Shown here in pieces: positions 62,699 through 64,000 of a DNA stretch of 64,000 bases (the first letter of the stretch is position 1; the number at the start of each line of letters is the position of its first letter). Origin of the DNA: Candidatus Paceibacter sp. (GTDB lineage: Bacteria > Patescibacteriota > Minisyncoccia > UBA6257 > 02-FULL-45-10c); the NCBI GenBank assembly GCA_020724845.1, contig DYGE01000001.1:58218-122217 (forward strand). The letters run 5' to 3'. Position numbers and translations under genes: made by a program. The notes under the pieces were generated by a model. That model made no database searches, was not told the origin of the DNA, and saw only the letters and a list, made by a program, of their open reading frames with translations.

Positions 62699-63359
62699 TT
62701 AAGAATTCTTTTATTGTTTGGGTCAAGTCGGGACCATCAGAAAAACTTAGAAAATCAGTTCCGTGTCCGGCTGGCTCATAAACAACCAGCTTCTTGTTTT
62801 GAGAAGGCGCCAGATTATAATACTGGCGGTTCTGGTCCGCGTTGTTCCCTGCCGCCCTTTCGTCTTTCTTGCTAGCAGCTAAAAGAAGTTTCTGGCCCGG
62901 CGAGAGCTGGCGAACCAAGAGCGCGCTGTCCAGGCCTTTATAATCTCCGGGAGATAATAAAATTCCTCCCCGAATTTCCTGGTTCTTAGTCAGAAAAAGA
63001 AGACTTAGATTCGCCCCGATAGATGCCCCCACTAAAACGGTCTTTTCCGGCACGGCGCCGCGGGATTTTAAAAATTCCCAGCCGGCGGCAATATCTTGGA
63101 TGCTAGCTTGATGTTCTGCGTCGCCAAAATTTTTAAATCCACCAGGACCGCCTTCGGATTCGCCATGTCCCCTTAAATCAATAGCTAGACCCTCGTACCC
63201 ATAGGACTGCAATTCAATAGCAAGATTCCGCCAAGATTCTTTCGTAGCGGGCATCATATGTGAAAATAGCAGCCACCCTTCCGGTTTTTCAACCGGATAC
63301 AAATCTGCTGCTATTTTCTTATTATCAGAAGTTATCAGTTCAACCCTATCTGATTTCAT
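62691..63359 (-). CDS. Alpha/beta hydrolase
   Basis: GASIGA nucleophile elbow and HGESEG motif. Confidence 0.8.
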   Translation of the reverse strand: MKSDRVELITSDNKKIAADLYPVEKPEGWLLFSHMMPATKESWRNLAIELQSYGYEGLAIDLRGHGESEGGPGGFKNFGDAEHQASIQDIAAGWEFLKSRGAVPEKTVLVGASIGANLSLLFLTKNQEIRGGILLSPGDYKGLDSALLVRQLSPGQKLLLAASKKDERAAGNNADQNRQYYNLAPSQNKKLVVYEPAGHGTDFLSFSDGPDLTQTIKEFLNG

Positions 63360-64000
63360 AGGTAACACTCACGTTCACAGTCAATTCCTGGCTTCCCGGC
63401 TCCACGCTCGGGGCAGGAGCTGTCGCGAAATCTCCACCCATTCCAAATGCCGCCTCTCGATAAACCGGAATCGGAGGATATCCTCCTTGACTCTCAAAGA
63501 AAGTCACTACTCTTTTAATCTTGACCCCGTTCTGTTCGGCCATCGTTTCCGCTTTTTCCCTGGCCTTATTAAAGGCCTCTTCCCTGGCTTCATTCAACAG
63601 CTTATCAGGATCATCAATATCAAAGCTTAAAGAGCTGACTTGGTTAATTCCAAAACCAGGCAATGCTCCGAGTATCTCGCCTATCTTGGCAAAATCTCTA
63701 ATCTTAACCGAAACTGTCTGGGTGAGAGTGTATCCAGTGATAAAACTTTGCCTCCTATTCCTGTCATATTCGTACCTTGGAGCCAGATTGTAGCCGGAAG
63801 TTTTTATGTCCTCGTCCTCTACTCCCTGTTTTTTTACGAAATCAATCGCCGCGTTCATGATCAGCGTATTTTCCCTTGCCACATCTTCCGGGCTCTCGCC
63901 TTCGGTCACGACCGAAAATGAAAATTGCGCTATGTCCGGAACGGCCACCGCTTCACCTGTCGCGCTCACATTGATCGTTCTAGATGGATACGAAGAACCC
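63346..64000 (-). CDS. SIMPL (DUF541) domain protein, 5' end beyond the window
   Basis: VSATGEAVAVPDIAQFSFSV is the typical SIMPL N-terminal motif. The frame stays open to the right edge of the window. Confidence 0.7.
   Translation of the reverse strand, partial: GSSYPSRTINVSATGEAVAVPDIAQFSFSVVTEGESPEDVARENTLIMNAAIDFVKKQGVEDEDIKTSGYNLAPRYEYDRNRRQSFITGYTLTQTVSVKIRDFAKIGEILGALPGFGINQVSSLSFDIDDPDKLLNEAREEAFNKAREKAETMAEQNGVKIKRVVTFFESQGGYPPIPVYREAAFGMGGDFATAPAPSVEPGSQELTVNVSVTYEIR

Noticed and set aside
1-64000. CRISPR arrays, rRNA genes, transposase/integrase genes
   Set aside because: No regularly spaced direct repeats, no rRNA-like conserved blocks and no recognisable transposase or integrase motifs were found on either strand.

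Overview
This 64-kb window reads like a streamlined bacterial genome of the Candidate Phyla Radiation (Patescibacteria/Parcubacteria) type. Evidence for that is the dense, mostly minus-strand coding, several DUF families typical of that group (DUF5671, DUF5667, DUF3179, DUF3105, DUF2419), many small secreted or membrane proteins, and no rRNA. Recognisable content: an oxidative pentose-phosphate/glycolysis block (dual-specificity phosphatase, bifunctional PGI/PMI, and a fused G6PD-6PGDH polypeptide); an envelope thiol-redox cluster (CcdA, TlpA, DoxX, DUF3179, thioredoxin-like, glutaredoxin, ArsR, DUF3105); UDG, RsuA-type pseudouridine synthase, a cold-shock protein, HAD hydrolase, MFS transporters; tRNA-Ser(GGA) with a degenerate 3'-end copy nearby; the HtpX-LemA pair; folA-thyA-dCMP deaminase; groES-groEL with a CIRCE operator; RmuC; a C13 legumain-like peptidase; an M23 peptidase; two Kazal-domain secreted proteins; a CPBP protease; FAD-linked oxidase; SDR; thioesterase; MsrB; a 3D-domain protein; tgt next to a DUF2419 queuosine-salvage homologue; a VKOR-DsbA pair; PQQ sugar dehydrogenase; an ATP-grasp protein; a cation/H+ antiporter; hpf-secA; GtrA; an alpha/beta hydrolase; and a SIMPL protein. 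Candidate novelties: (1) two paralogous PI3K/PI4K-like kinase-fold proteins, one a 1022-aa HEAT-repeat-plus-C-terminal-kinase protein (PIKK-like layout) next to a frameshifted CheY-like receiver, the other a 256-aa kinase with a tightly coupled small downstream ORF; (2) a nucleotidyltransferase locus containing a 146-bp element with 21-bp perfect terminal inverted repeats (MITE-like or structured RNA) and a divergent small RNA candidate with a near-consensus promoter and an intrinsic terminator; (3) two GC-rich 32/48-codon ORFs (below the 60-codon ORF-track cutoff), each with its own near-identical promoter, Shine-Dalgarno sequence and terminator; (4) two long perfect palindromes (42 and 46 bp); (5) structured leaders on rmuC, hpf and the 3D-domain gene. 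No CRISPR array, rRNA or obvious transposase/integrase gene was seen.
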